Positions 31,092 through 43,866 are shown, counted from the stretch's first letter. The stretch: DNA of 64,000 nucleotides from Bugula neritina (GCA_964035545.1 OZ037766.1:30866773-30930772), one strand, 5' to 3'. Translations and numbers: made by a program. The notes: generated by a model not told the origin, from the sequence alone.

Positions 31092-31745
31092 GATGTATCT
31101 AATAACCCCATAGACCCTTTTCAGAGCCACTACTTTAATTTCAAAGAGTTATGTTCAAAAAATAAGCGAAAATCATTGCAATTTTTAAAAAAAATCAAGT
31201 TGCAATTTTACTGAAATTTTCAATTTCAATACTAAGACGAGTATATTGGCCCAAAACTGTACTACAGTAACTGAAATCCGCTGGCTTTTTAAAACATTCT
31301 TGTAGAGAACATATTTAGCTTACCATTGATATGCATATTACCCTATATCACCTTATAAATATTGAGCAAATTATTAATTACTAAGAAATAATAAGTTTAT
31401 TTTAAGCGGTCCCATAATTAAGATCACCGCTGTATAATCATTTTATAAGTTATTTTATACAATTCACTATGCTACAGCTTCCTTAAAGCAAGTACACAAA
31501 TCATTGTATTCCTTGATTTTTATAAACGGGATTGTTATAGTGGCACGCTGAGAGTTTAGCTAATGACAATAGCCTATCAGATACTTGAGCTATCGTGTTA
31601 CTAAGAGTTGCCCTACCAGCCACCGTATAGCTGAGATAGCTACAAGCTATAGCAGATAAAACCCAGACAAACAGAGTGAACGATCTCTTTCATCTAGCAG
31701 CTTTATCACTGGTAAGACATACTATTACATTGTGGTAATCTAACA

Positions 31746-31763
31746 TGGCGCAGTCGACAGGAT
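31746..31763 (+). other. Primer-binding site, tRNA-Ser type
   Basis: TGGCGCAGTCGACAGGAT resembles the complement of the 3' end of eukaryotic tRNA-Ser. Confidence 0.8.
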
Positions 31764-31882
31764 TTTAACGAACCTGCCAGTGAGAAACTCTTTCTGTCCT
31801 TACAACTATAGATGATAGATAAGTACTTTCTTCAATTAATCATTATCAGTTGCAAGTGTTTTGAATATAATATAATAATATA

Positions 31883-32132
31883 AGTGTAGTGTAGTGTAGT
31901 GTAGTGTAGTGTAGTGTAGTGTAGTGTAGTGTAGTGTAGTGTAGTGTAGTGTAGTGTAGTGTAGTGTAGTGTAGTGCAGTGTTACTGTTGGTGCAGTGTT
32001 ACTGTTGGTGCAGTGCTACTGTTGGTGCAGTGTTACTGGTGGTGCAGTGTTACTGTTGGTGCAGTGTTACTGTTGGTGCAGTGTTACTGTTAGTGTAGTG
32101 TTATTGTTAGTGTAGTGTTATTGTTAGTGTAG
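31883..32132 (+). repeat. (GTAGT)n pentamer grading into a 17-mer (GCAGTGTTACTGTTGGT)n minisatellite in the element leader
   Basis: Directly visible. Confidence 0.95.
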
Positions 32133-32341
32133 TCTAATGAGTGATAATCGTAATTTGATATCGTGATTCACAGCTGGCAACTGTGATACTACAGTCATTT
32201 ACAACAAGTGACCGAAACAGTGATACTCAGTGTTTAAGATATTTTGTGATTGGCATCTTGACATAACACACGAGTAAATCAAGGCTCCAAGCTAGTACAA
32301 GTAGTAACCTTTGTAGCACAGGGAATTGTAACAACAAAGTC

Positions 32342-33478
32342 ATGGATTTAAATTCATTTCCAAGACTTCAATTGAATTGTAATGATGTGACAGGATCATG
32401 GAATGATTGGCTAGCTCAATTTGAGATAACAGTAGAGTTAACTACTTTGAATCTGGGAAAAGAGACAGTGGAGGGTGTAGAAGTAAATAAATTTAGAGGT
32501 AGGACTAAGTTGTTAGCATTGTTGAGCGCAATAGGCAATGATGGTAGAGCCACGTTACAATCTCTTGGCTTTGATTTGAGAAACAATGGGAATGAAGGCT
32601 ATGAGCAAGCATTAGGTCTACTTAGGGGCCACTATGATAGATCAGATAGCTTTTATGTTAAAACAATGAGGTTTGTGACAGTGTCACAGGCCATTGATGA
32701 GGATGAAAGAGAATACTTGCTGAGAGTAGAAAAACTTAGTAGAGAATTAGGTTTAGGTGCTGGGACCGAGGATGTTAGAAGGAGACTTAGTGTTGCCTTA
32801 GCAGTAAATGGCTTGCGCGATACTAATGCTAGGAGACAATTATTGCAAGAACCCGATTTATCCTGGGACGACTTAAATACCAAGCTTAAAGCAAAAAAGC
32901 TAGCTAGAGACTCAGACCTACTTTTAAATGAAGCTAGGACAATAGTGGACGTCAAACAAGAAGTCGGGGCTGTAAGTTCTCTTAAGCAGACTAGAAACAG
33001 TAGCAGTGACACCTGTGACAGTTATTCTGTTAATAGGGTTTCGAGATCTAGAATAAAGTGGAGACCTTATTTGAGAAGTAGCCTTAGGAATAGTGACCAC
33101 TATAGAAGTAGAAGCTCGAGTGGATCTAGTAATAGCTCTGATGATCATAGTAAACGACATTACAATAGTAGGGATAAATTCTGTTCAAGCCAACGAAGGA
33201 GGAGGGATGAAAAACCTCTCGTAGATAGACTGAATTCGGGTTACTATCATTCTAAGTCTAAAAGGTTTAGCTCCCCTAGAAGAGAAGGAAATCTTTGCTA
33301 TCATTGTAAAAAACATGATCATAGAATTAGGGACTGCCCTGATGTAAGGTGCTTCGTATGTAACTGTCGAGGGCACACCACTAAAGATTGCCCCGAAAGG
33401 GAGACCAAACCTTATAGGTCAAGTAGTGGGAGTAGTGATAGGAATAAGGGTTATAGGAGAGTCAGATTTGCAAGCTGA
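32342..33478 (+). CDS. gag: Gag protein of a Gypsy-type LTR retrotransposon
   Basis: 378-aa ORF with capsid-like N-terminus (WNDWLAQF...LLSAIG...YEQALGLLRGHY...EYLLRVEKL) and two CX2CX4HX4C knuckles (CYHCKKHDHRIRDC, CFVCNCRGHTTKDC). Confidence 0.92.
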   Translation: MDLNSFPRLQLNCNDVTGSWNDWLAQFEITVELTTLNLGKETVEGVEVNKFRGRTKLLALLSAIGNDGRATLQSLGFDLRNNGNEGYEQALGLLRGHYDRSDSFYVKTMRFVTVSQAIDEDEREYLLRVEKLSRELGLGAGTEDVRRRLSVALAVNGLRDTNARRQLLQEPDLSWDDLNTKLKAKKLARDSDLLLNEARTIVDVKQEVGAVSSLKQTRNSSSDTCDSYSVNRVSRSRIKWRPYLRSSLRNSDHYRSRSSSGSSNSSDDHSKRHYNSRDKFCSSQRRRRDEKPLVDRLNSGYYHSKSKRFSSPRREGNLCYHCKKHDHRIRDCPDVRCFVCNCRGHTTKDCPERETKPYRSSSGSSDRNKGYRRVRFAS

Positions 33479-33667
33479 CTATATGATGGCAATGACAGCA
33501 AGTTATTTCCTCCTGAACAAGGAGAAATTACGCATACTAGACGGGGGAGACTAAGCAAACCTCCTAATAGACTAAACATGCAGAGGTATAAATAATAATG
33601 TGTTTTTATAGATACCGTTTTAGAAAACTTGAGAAAAACAATATATAGATAGAGAAAGAGACAAACA

Positions 33668-34655
33668 ATGAGCAATAGTGAGAAAGAGAAGGAAGGTATA
33701 GGGGAACCCGACATGGACTCTTGGTCTAAAGCCGGACCCTCAGGAAGACATAAAGAAACGGTAAAAGGGTAAGCCCAAGAATACAGAAGATAAGGCTAAG
33801 CTTAAGAAGCCACATGAGGTATGTGGCAACAAGGGCACAATTAGGTGTGCCATCTGTAGATGCTTCAGGGATCACTCTGCCCGAGACTGTCCCAATAATA
33901 AGTATTACAGGTGTGGGCAGAAGGGTCATTGGGTGGAGAACTGCAGAGAAGTCTATTGCAGTTGGTGTTGTGTCGCAGCCGAGCACAAAACCTCAGACTG
34001 TAGTCACGCACCTTCTAGCTTCAAGCGGAAGGCTGTTGATGGTGTTGACTCTCAAGATCCAGCACCAAAATTAGCCAAGGTTTCAGGTAGTCAGAAATCA
34101 AACTATGCAAGTGTTGCCTCTGGTGGTGTAGCTACATCATCAAGCTATGTTCATGCATTAAAGCCTAAAAATGTTATTGTCAGTGAAGTTTCAGGGTTCC
34201 TGAATGGCTTGACGGGGTGCGACTTCCTGGATGGGGAGGCTTATGCACTAAGGAAAGAGGAATTAAATAGAGAAAAGCAAGAACTTCAACGAAAGTTCAA
34301 CAGGCAAATGGAAGAGATCAGTGAGCGAGAGAGTCTCTTGGAAAAGGAGTATCAGTGCTCAATGGCTATTAAAGTAGCAATCGAAAACTGGGCCAGCGTG
34401 GCCAACGTGCATTCCAGAGGGTTGGGTAGCACAATACTAAACCCTGCAACCACAGTTGCGGAAGGTCCCAGTGGTAACCAGGAGGAGTCAAAGGCCGTAG
34501 AGGAGTCGCCGACCCCAGGTCGCCCTCGGGACGACACTTGGGAGGAGTCAATGGCCGTAGAGCCCCAGACCCCCGGTGTACATGGTGGTTCAGACCTTGG
34601 TCTGAGACCGACCTACAGTCCTAGTCAGCCTCAGGCAACTGAGACTGGGAGGTGA
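33668..34655 (+). CDS. Second ORF of the LTR element: three zinc-knuckle-like motifs plus coiled coil (needs a +1 shift near 33761-33770)
   Basis: Frame open 33765-34655: CAICRCFRDHSARDC, YYRCGQKGHWVENC, CSWCCVAAEHKTSDC, then LRKEELNREKQELQRKFNRQMEEISERESLLEKEY. The frame from ATG 33668 joins it if one A is removed from GTAAAAGGG. Confidence 0.65.
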
Positions 34656-35561
34656 AGATGGAAACATCTTCTAATCCCGAAGCACTGCATTGAGGTTCTG
34701 GTCAGTCTCAGGCAACTGAGACTGAGGGAGAAGAGGGTGGGAACATCCTCCTATCCCAACTCACTTACTTACACACTTACCGACACACTAAACAACCTAC
34801 TCACCTAACTTACTCACCTACTTATTTACTCACACACTCAACGACACACTGACTCGCAAACTACTAAATTACAAATAGTTAAAGCTTGTGTTTACAGTTT
34901 CTGGCATATAGAGGTGAGTAAGTTTACCCACAGACATGTGGTACTCATCAGCTTATAGCTTTTAGAAATAGTATGTAATTGAAATGCTTAGTTTTAGCAG
35001 GTGGTCACCAGCCTTTATTGGAAGGGGGCATGTTATAGTGGCACGCTGAGAGTTTAGCTAATGACAACAGCCTATCAGATACTTGAGCTATCGTGTTACT
35101 AAGAGTTGCCCTACCAGCCACCGTATAGCTGAGATAGCTACAAGCTATAGCAGATAAAACCCAGACAAACAGAGTGAACGATCTCTTTCATCTAGCAGCT
35201 TTATCACTGGTAAGACATACTATTACATTGTGGTAATCTAACAGGGATTATTTTCTACGTATTTAAATAGTCATTATGTTTGTCCAATAAGGAAAACCAT
35301 AAAAATAATATATTGATGAATATATGAAATGCAATTTTATAATGTCAATGATGCATGTGGTTGTTATACGGTTTGAATTAAAAATTAATTTATGATGAAA
35401 AATAAACTATGTTGAATCATTATCTAGTGATATTTCAGAATATGATGCTCTTTTTTACAAAAAAGAGTTTGTAGAGTTTCATATATAGAACAGAAAGAGT
35501 AGATTATACGTAATATTGAGTAGGAGAATATAAATCCGTGTTTCCAATATAGAAAATTATC

Positions 35562-36110
<549 letters not shown>

Positions 36111-37696
36111 TTCTTTAGTTTCTACATGAAATAAGTCCTTTATTTTATTTGTTATGTAAAATTTTGTCTTTATGATTTACACATATTCAAATTATTTGCT
36201 ATAAATAGTAATATGCCAATCGTTTCTGTACAACATAATGATTGGCATACTATTTATAGCATTTAATTTGACCAGTCTAAAATTATATATAGCTATTACT
36301 ATATGTTGTAGTAACACCTATAATATAACTTTAAACTGGTCTATAACTTTTTATTGGCATGCATAATGTATTTTATGTCAGGTTTTTCTGTAATATTATA
36401 TATTATGGTTAGCTGACACATGTAAGCAGTTTATAAAACTACTTATTATTTATCAAATTTTGTTGTTTAAAAATTCTGAAACATATGTTGCAGTTTAAAT
36501 TTTTTAACATAAAATTATTAAAACGTCTAATAAAACATATCGTCAAACTTTAGAATCATAGTGAAAGGCTGCAAAGTTTGGCTTAAAAATGAAAAAAAAT
36601 TTGAAGTGGGTTGTGGGCTAAAATTAACAAAAATAGTATAATTTTAAGTTTTTTTGTAGTTGATTTATTGAAAGTAAAAAATTGATTCTCATTGCACTTT
36701 GTAGTTATCTGCACAATGCTCAACTGCACAAATAGTAAAAACAATATTCAGCAATTGTAATATTATGTTAAACAGAAAAACATAATATGATGAAGTAAAC
36801 TATTTAGAGAGTGGTAAAAATAAATTTTAGACAGCAAAGATTGTGATGGTGTAGAATAAATAATAAAAATATATTACAGTGCATATATAATAAAATTAAA
36901 CGCTTTTTATGAATAGTTACACATAATGAACAAGGTTAAAAGAAGGATAAAGAAAATTGGAAATAAATTGTAAAATCTTTCAATAGAAAAATTTACCAAG
37001 TTTATATTTTAAAACTATATTATTGTAAAGAAGAAAACAACATCTGAATATTTCTGGAAATTTGAAGTTGACACAAAAAGTTCACATGGCAATGCTAGTA
37101 ACACCTCATTTAGTTGTGAATCATTTTATGCAATCAATTATTGTGTTCTGTTTTTTGTTCACTTGGAACAAAATTAATTGATTGTGGAGTATTTAATTGA
37201 TTGACACACAACGCAAGCTTTCCTTCAAAAGCTTTTCGTCTTAAGCTAGCAGACATGTTTTATACTGCTTCCTGATAGATTAACTCTCTATGACTCAATA
37301 TGTTGCATATAACCTGAGAATTGGTGTACAATAATTTTTATAATATTTATATTAGTAGATTTACTCTGGGCTCCAGATTGCTCTAGTTTATAAAATGAGA
37401 TTAGGAGTTGTATGACCTTTAAGAGAATCTACTTACTATTAAAGGCTACTTCATAAGGTGTGAAATGAGATAATAATTTGGTAAGCAATTTATTATTTAT
37501 ATAGAATGAAGTTAATGGTCAGTTTATTAAAATATTTTGAGATATGATATGCACCAAGACACCAAGCAATATATTGACTTCTCTTTTATATCTACAGCTA
37601 GTCTAATTAAGCTGCAGATAAAAGAGGAAGCCATTCAACTAAAGAGCAGCCAATAAAGGTTCTAACAACATACAAAGGCTATCAACCATTTTAGCA

Positions 37697-38070
<374 letters not shown>

Positions 38071-40629
38071 CGCATGTAAAAATTATACAATTATTATGTG
38101 TTAGTATTTATTTATTATATGTGTAATATATTAGCATAGCTAACAAGAATAGTTTATAGTATGTGCATTTTATGATTATTAATATTATAATTATTATTTT
38201 ATCAGTGTGCATAAACAAGCTATGTTGCTTATATATAATTTAAATTTCTTGCATAATTCTTCATTTTATTCAGTTTAAAATATATAATAATATATACTAT
38301 GAATTACTCATAAAATTACATTAAATAAGCATAGATTATAGAGTTATGTCTGATGACAAATATTTCAAGTATTTCTTTTTTTTTTCCATGAGTGTACCAG
38401 TTTTTAAAAGAACTCTGTCAGCTCGTAAAAATATTTATAAGCTTTAATTATATCTTTTTGGTGCCTTATGCAATGATGCATTCCGTAGCTTTTATCACTC
38501 TTTGTGTTAACTAAAAGTGTTGAACACTGCAGTTTCCTTTTCAACAGTTTACCTATATACTGAGTTTTAGCTGTGTGATGTTGCACTGATTTTGAAAAAT
38601 AACTTCAGCTCACTTTTCATAAGCAAAAATATTTATGGTTTGGTAAGAGCAGTTTTTAACTTCAATAGAATCAATCTCCTAAATATGCAAACTTATTCCA
38701 ATTATTTTCAAATACTTTATTGGCATCAAAATTGTTTTCTATGCATCTGCTCAAAATGATTGGCTAAAAAAATTTTTTTTTATGATCAATGTGAAACTGT
38801 TGTCAACAAAAAAAACATATAAATATTTTGACACCCATTAAAATTTAAATCAGAAGCCTAGTTGCCAATCAAACCTTTGGTGATTTGATTGATAGAGTGA
38901 CAATGCAATATCTGCGTATGCAATTTGCCCATTTTGTTTTGGCAAAGAACTTTTAAAAATATAATGTTTTTCAAGAAAGTAAATTTGATTGCTTCACTAA
39001 CCCACCAATGTCATCTACCATATTTTTTGACAGAGCATTAATGTATTCAAGTTTTGTCCTATGGAACATTCATGGGTCTAATAAAAGGGCACACTAGAGC
39101 TCAAGTAACTGCTTACAGCTGTAGAAATTACCTTCCAAAAATTTTTTAAGCAGCAATTAAATGAGTGTATAATAATTCGAATTTCACAAAAGCACAGCAT
39201 GCCAATCTGCAAAATATTGCATTCAACAATATAGCTATAGATGAAGTTAGTTGGCAAAGATTTTTGTTTAATGAAAGCTTGACATAAAGCTGGTAAACAG
39301 CTCAATAAAACAGTAAAATCCAAAAAAGTGAGTCACCATAAATACTGCCATCATCTCATTAAATAATTATAGCTTTGTTGAGAAGCAGTTTTACTGACAT
39401 CTGTTTTATTCTCATTTTTATACACATTTTATTTACTAACTTCATATATGGCAGCAATTACATATATAATGAGCGTCTATTCTTTTAAACTTTCAACAAT
39501 AATTCAAATTATATATACTGATACATACACAGATATACTTAACACAGCAGTATTAATAGAAGTTATGTTTTATTTTTAGAAATGGAAGTTAAATAAATTG
39601 TTTTCTATTGCTTTTTATTTTAAACCTAACTAAATTTTAAGTAAAATGCAATGAATGGAAAAATGAAATATCTCAATTGTGCAAGAAAGTATACCTTATA
39701 TTGTAATTACTGTTCCATTTTAAAACTCCACTTCTGTGTTTTGCTAACTAGAAGTAATCTAGTTTTACAAGATTTCTCCACCGTTTTTTTATATCAAATT
39801 GGGAATCAGCACAATTTTTAATGAGCTCTAAAGCAACATCTAATGCATTTTGGTCAAAATTTGAAAACTCGCACCAAATAAAGTGAAATAAACCAGTAGT
39901 CTATATATATTATTAAAGTCATCAAAACTTGCACCAGAATTTTATTTTCTTTAGACATGCAGGTTCCTCCACAAATTTAAATCTGTCAGGTTGATCGCCT
40001 TTGACAAAATGTAAATTTTTTGTTCATGCATGTATTCCAGCAATTATATTGTAAGTTTAGAGGCATATAACATGTATTTGAGGTTAACTTGACGTTAAAT
40101 ACCTAGTACAATAAGAGCATGAATGTTAATGCAATAATCTGCTTAAACGTATAATATGATATTGAGCAGCTTGAATTAAGTTGATCCTATACTTTTCTCT
40201 TTGAAAGCTGAATAAAATCAACTTATAACAGTGGTCCTCTATAAGGCTAAATACTTTATTATGCTATAAAATCTTAAACATATATATATACATGCTATTC
40301 TAAACTATTAAATATACTTGCAATACGACTAATTTTGATCTCCAATGATTTATTACACTTTTCAACTGTGAATGTCATGGGTTGTAATTCTAGCTTAAAA
40401 ATTCAATGTGGACATCCTCGTGGCAAGTGAAATTATAATATGGTAATTATAGCCACTTGCCAAGAAGTTGGCAAAATAGTTTTTATATCTGACTCCTAAC
40501 ATGAAGGAACTGAAATGAGGAAAATATTTAAAGTTGATGTTTAGGCAAAGGAAAAGCTGTGAACACATGTAATCTATGTGTATTAATCTAGGCTAAATTT
40601 AGAATATTAGAGAATATTAGAATATTTCT

Positions 40630-40728
40630 GAAAAAACCTACTTAGGTGGCGGTATAGGCATTACCTAGGTTTATGACACCACACAAGTAGGTACTACATA
40701 GACATCTACCACCCAAGTTGGGTGTTTT
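40630..40728. mobile_element. Possible 100-bp MITE
   Basis: Imperfect inverted ends GAAAAAACCTACTTAGGTGGCGGTAT and ATCTACCACCCAAGTTGGGTGTTTTC. Confidence 0.4.
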
Positions 40729-40730
40729 CT

Positions 40731-40810
<80 letters not shown>

Positions 40811-40813
<3 letters not shown>

Positions 40814-40998
40814 AATCTGTGGACAGCAGCCTTTTCGGGGTTTGTCCCCTCATCAGCACAGAACAGAGTACCATGACCCACACCTTCGCAAAAGTAGAAA
40901 CTTATAGTTTTACTAAAGCATATTTAAAAGGTGTGTAAACTTAAGCCAGAGTGCTCAAGTGACTCTAGGGGTCACCTATAGGAGTCACGAGCATTGCA
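40811..40998 (-). mobile_element. (TA)n-inserted short element carrying a hammerhead motif (Penelope-like/retrozyme-type terminus), longer copy
   Basis: 40811-40896 is the reverse complement of 57478-57563 with few mismatches; flanked by TA runs; extra hairpin at 40951-40993. Confidence 0.7.
40816..40862 (-). ncRNA. Type I hammerhead ribozyme motif with helix III mutated
   Basis: Minus strand TCTGTG-CTGATGA-GGGG ACAAA CCCC-GAAA AGGCTGCT GTC-CACAGA. Confidence 0.7.
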
Positions 40999-41770
40999 TA
41001 TATATATATATGTTTTATTACACCACTATAATTCATCAGTTACCAAAACGCCTTTATTTTTATATTCTCTCGGAAAGCAACTTGAACTATTTTAATCTGC
41101 TTTTATCTAACATTATAAAAGGAAAATCGTGTTTTTGTGTTTATCATAATTACTTTATGTCAAAGTTATCAACCTAATGATATACTGTAAATAGTACGTT
41201 CACTTTACTTCAATTATCAATCAAGGGCTCTAAGTAAAAATATGCTTGTATAATGTTTGTCAAAAATACAATATTTTATTGGTTTAGAGCTTTAAGAGCT
41301 TTTATTGGTTTGAAATATATAAATTTAATAATTTAATTTATTTTGGTTAACAGGGTTGCTATCAATGTTTTTACAGTTTTACAGTTACATTATTTATACA
41401 TTATAAGCATAATACTTATATTTTTCTAATGTATAAAATCTGGTCCATATGTATTATTTAAAGCAAAAGTATTATTAGGCAAATGCAGTAACTTTATATT
41501 ATTCATGCAGTACCAAATAAATTTTAATAATCGATAGCTCTATTAGAATAGTTGTGTTTAAACACACCTGACACTCTCGTGACTAAGTTCTTAATAATGG
41601 GTGTTGTGCAGATCATCTATAGGTCCTATGGTTCACCCCGTTTGCTTACACGTTGCTTTCGTTACAGTTTTATATTTAAGTTCACAATTTGACTAACATG
41701 ACAGATGATTTGTTATTAGAACAGATAAAAATCTGTTGCTAAAAATAAATTGAATATTTTTAATCAAATT

Positions 41771-41985
41771 GACCAATCAGAGACAAGATATGTTTCTTTC
41801 AACTTATTTGCATCTTTTTAGTAGACGCATAAATCAAATATAATTCAAAGTGGGGCTAATCAATGCCTGTCACTTAAACAAGGAAATTTGATTTGTCAGT
41901 CAACTGTAAAATAGCGATAGACCGTGAAGTACTATAGGAAATACAAAAACAATTACCATTGTAACCTGCCAATTTGCCACAGGCT
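41771..41985 (+). promoter_or_regulatory. Conserved distal upstream block of subfamily B units (also about 46040-46255, 52169-52372, 55776-55990, and diverged at 60010-60230)
   Basis: GACCAATCAGA followed by AAGTGGGGCTA(A/G)TCAATGCCTGTCAC...GTGAAGTAGGAAATGCAGAT...ACCTGCCAAT, once per unit. Regulatory role is inferred. Confidence 0.45.
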
Positions 41986-43002
41986 AAAATACAGTTGAAG
42001 GTACATTTGTATGTACTTCTGAAACTGTTTTATAATTTGCTACATATAATAAGTAAATTAAGCTAGCTTGTTGCATATTTTCAAATGTGTTTTTTAATGA
42101 GTTTTTAAACACATCAGCATTTATTAATTTTACCATTTTATTAAATCCATTGTTGTGTTTATTTATATAAAAAAATTTCAATTTTTTTGAAAGTAATTAA
42201 CTAGCGACAAAATTTGAATGTTACAACAGGCTGAGCAGTTACTTTTTAAAAGTCATGACTGCTTAAAACATTTACATGATGTAACTGTATGTGGTGAAAG
42301 TTTCTGGTTCTGACTTAACATTATAAAAGCATAAATTGCGTGCCTAAGCTACCATGTGCTATAATTCTTCAAAAGCAGCTTATTCATTAATTTGTCTGAT
42401 GAGTCATGTTTGGGAAATGTTATATTATAGTAGCAGATTTGCTTTAAAAATATTTTAGACATAAAAATTATAACTATTGTGCTATCATATTCCTGTAAAA
42501 TATAATATTATTTATTTAATTCAATAAGTTCAATAATCCCACTTATTAACTATCCTAGGCACCATTTTTTTATAACTACAGTCTTTTGCTTTTTGAAGTT
42601 TTGAAGAGATAACACTCCAGTCATTTAGCAACTAAATGGGTATAATATGTATGGAAATTTAAATAGTAATGCTTAGAAAATAACTGAATTAAATATTATA
42701 CTAACAATTGAAAAGCATTTTTTGTATAATATCAAAACATTGCAACACCAATAGAAAGTAAAAGATAGAAAATTTTAAAATTGATAAGAAATTTAAGTGC
42801 CAAAAAAAATCAAAATACTTAAAAAGTGGAGTAGCAGGAAGCGAAAAATTCGCATGCCAAATAAAAACTGCGATGTAAGTATGCACAATAATCAAAATAG
42901 AAACAGGCAAATGCAAAGAAGATTAATTATTTTGTCTTTTTTTGCAGAGTCACATGTCTAATGTACGTAGCCAAGCTTTGTTAAATTGCAAAACTTTCTC
43001 AG

Positions 43003-43072
43003 TATAAAAGCTGGAGATAAACTTGTGAAAGTTATAACTGATAGTGTTTCAACTATAGCACAGTCAAACAAA
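43003..43072 (+). promoter_or_regulatory. TATA box and non-coding exon 1 of locus 12
   Basis: TATAAAA 43003-43009; AAA|GTGAGT at 43073. Equivalent sites at 49291/49359, 53102/53170 and 57076/57147. Confidence 0.8.
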
Positions 43073-43866
43073 GTGAGTATTCAACTAGTATTGTAGTTAA
43101 TATACTTTAGACTATAATAATTAAAACTTTAAAATAATTTTCTTTACTTTTATTCAAATCATATTGGATTTAATGCGGTTTGTTTCTCATACAGATACAA
43201 CATTATAAAATGGAAAAAAATAAACCATGAATAATAATAATTTTTGAGCTGGGTTTACTTCATTTCTTTGGTAGTTTTTTCTCATTATTAATCTAAATTT
43301 TAGCTGTTCATTGTCTGATAATTTCAATCGGTATAGCTATTCTGTATAAAATAGTGAATAATCAAACAGGCAACTGTATGAGAAATGAGCTTTTGCTGAT
43401 GAAAATTAATTGTAGTTTATTTTGTTTAGCAAGCCAAAACACTTGCTGAGATCTGTTTTTTACTAGCTTTTTGCAACGAAGTTATTTGGATTTCGGTTTA
43501 AAACTGCGAAATTAAATTTAAAAATTATGAGAGCTTGGCTTTTCAAAAATGTATTTGAATTGACTTATAGAATTGATCATTTTAAATAAAATTTTGACCA
43601 TCACTCAAGCAGCAAATATAATTTAAATAAATTTGAATAAAAAGCATTTGGCATAAAAAACCTCCATGCAAAGAGCGAATGTTTTACTTACTAGAATTAT
43701 CTTGATATTCCTTCCAAATAATTTTAATCACATGATTCCATGTCTGCTGCACAAGAGAAATTGAATTTTTTTTCAACAAATGAAATAAAAACTTTGCTGT
43801 TACAAGTTTACAATTTATATTCGATGTCTTTTAACATTGTATACTTTGTATTTACAGAAAATCATC

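Larger units (their letters stand above)
29712..31432. mobile_element. Palindromic non-autonomous Tc1/mariner-family element
   Basis: TA-flanked; CAGTGGTAATATTAATTATGGGACCGC... is inverted at the other end. Both arms carry degenerate Tc1 transposase 3' halves. Confidence 0.92.
31533..35243 (+). mobile_element. Non-autonomous Ty3/Gypsy-type LTR retrotransposon, very recent insertion
   Basis: LTRs 31533-31745 and 35031-35243 (213 bp, one mismatch). TSD GGGAT (31528-31532 and 35244-35248). PBS TGGCGCAGTCGACAGGAT immediately after the 5' LTR. PPT GGAAGGGGGCA 35020-35030. Contains gag; no RT, RNase H or integrase core. Confidence 0.96.

Noticed and set aside
31883-32132. Regular short repeats as a CRISPR array
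   Set aside because: No unique spacers, eukaryotic context, inside an LTR element.
32653-34551. Minus-strand and alternate-frame ORFs inside the LTR element
   Set aside because: Shadows of gag and the second ORF, with no recognisable motifs.
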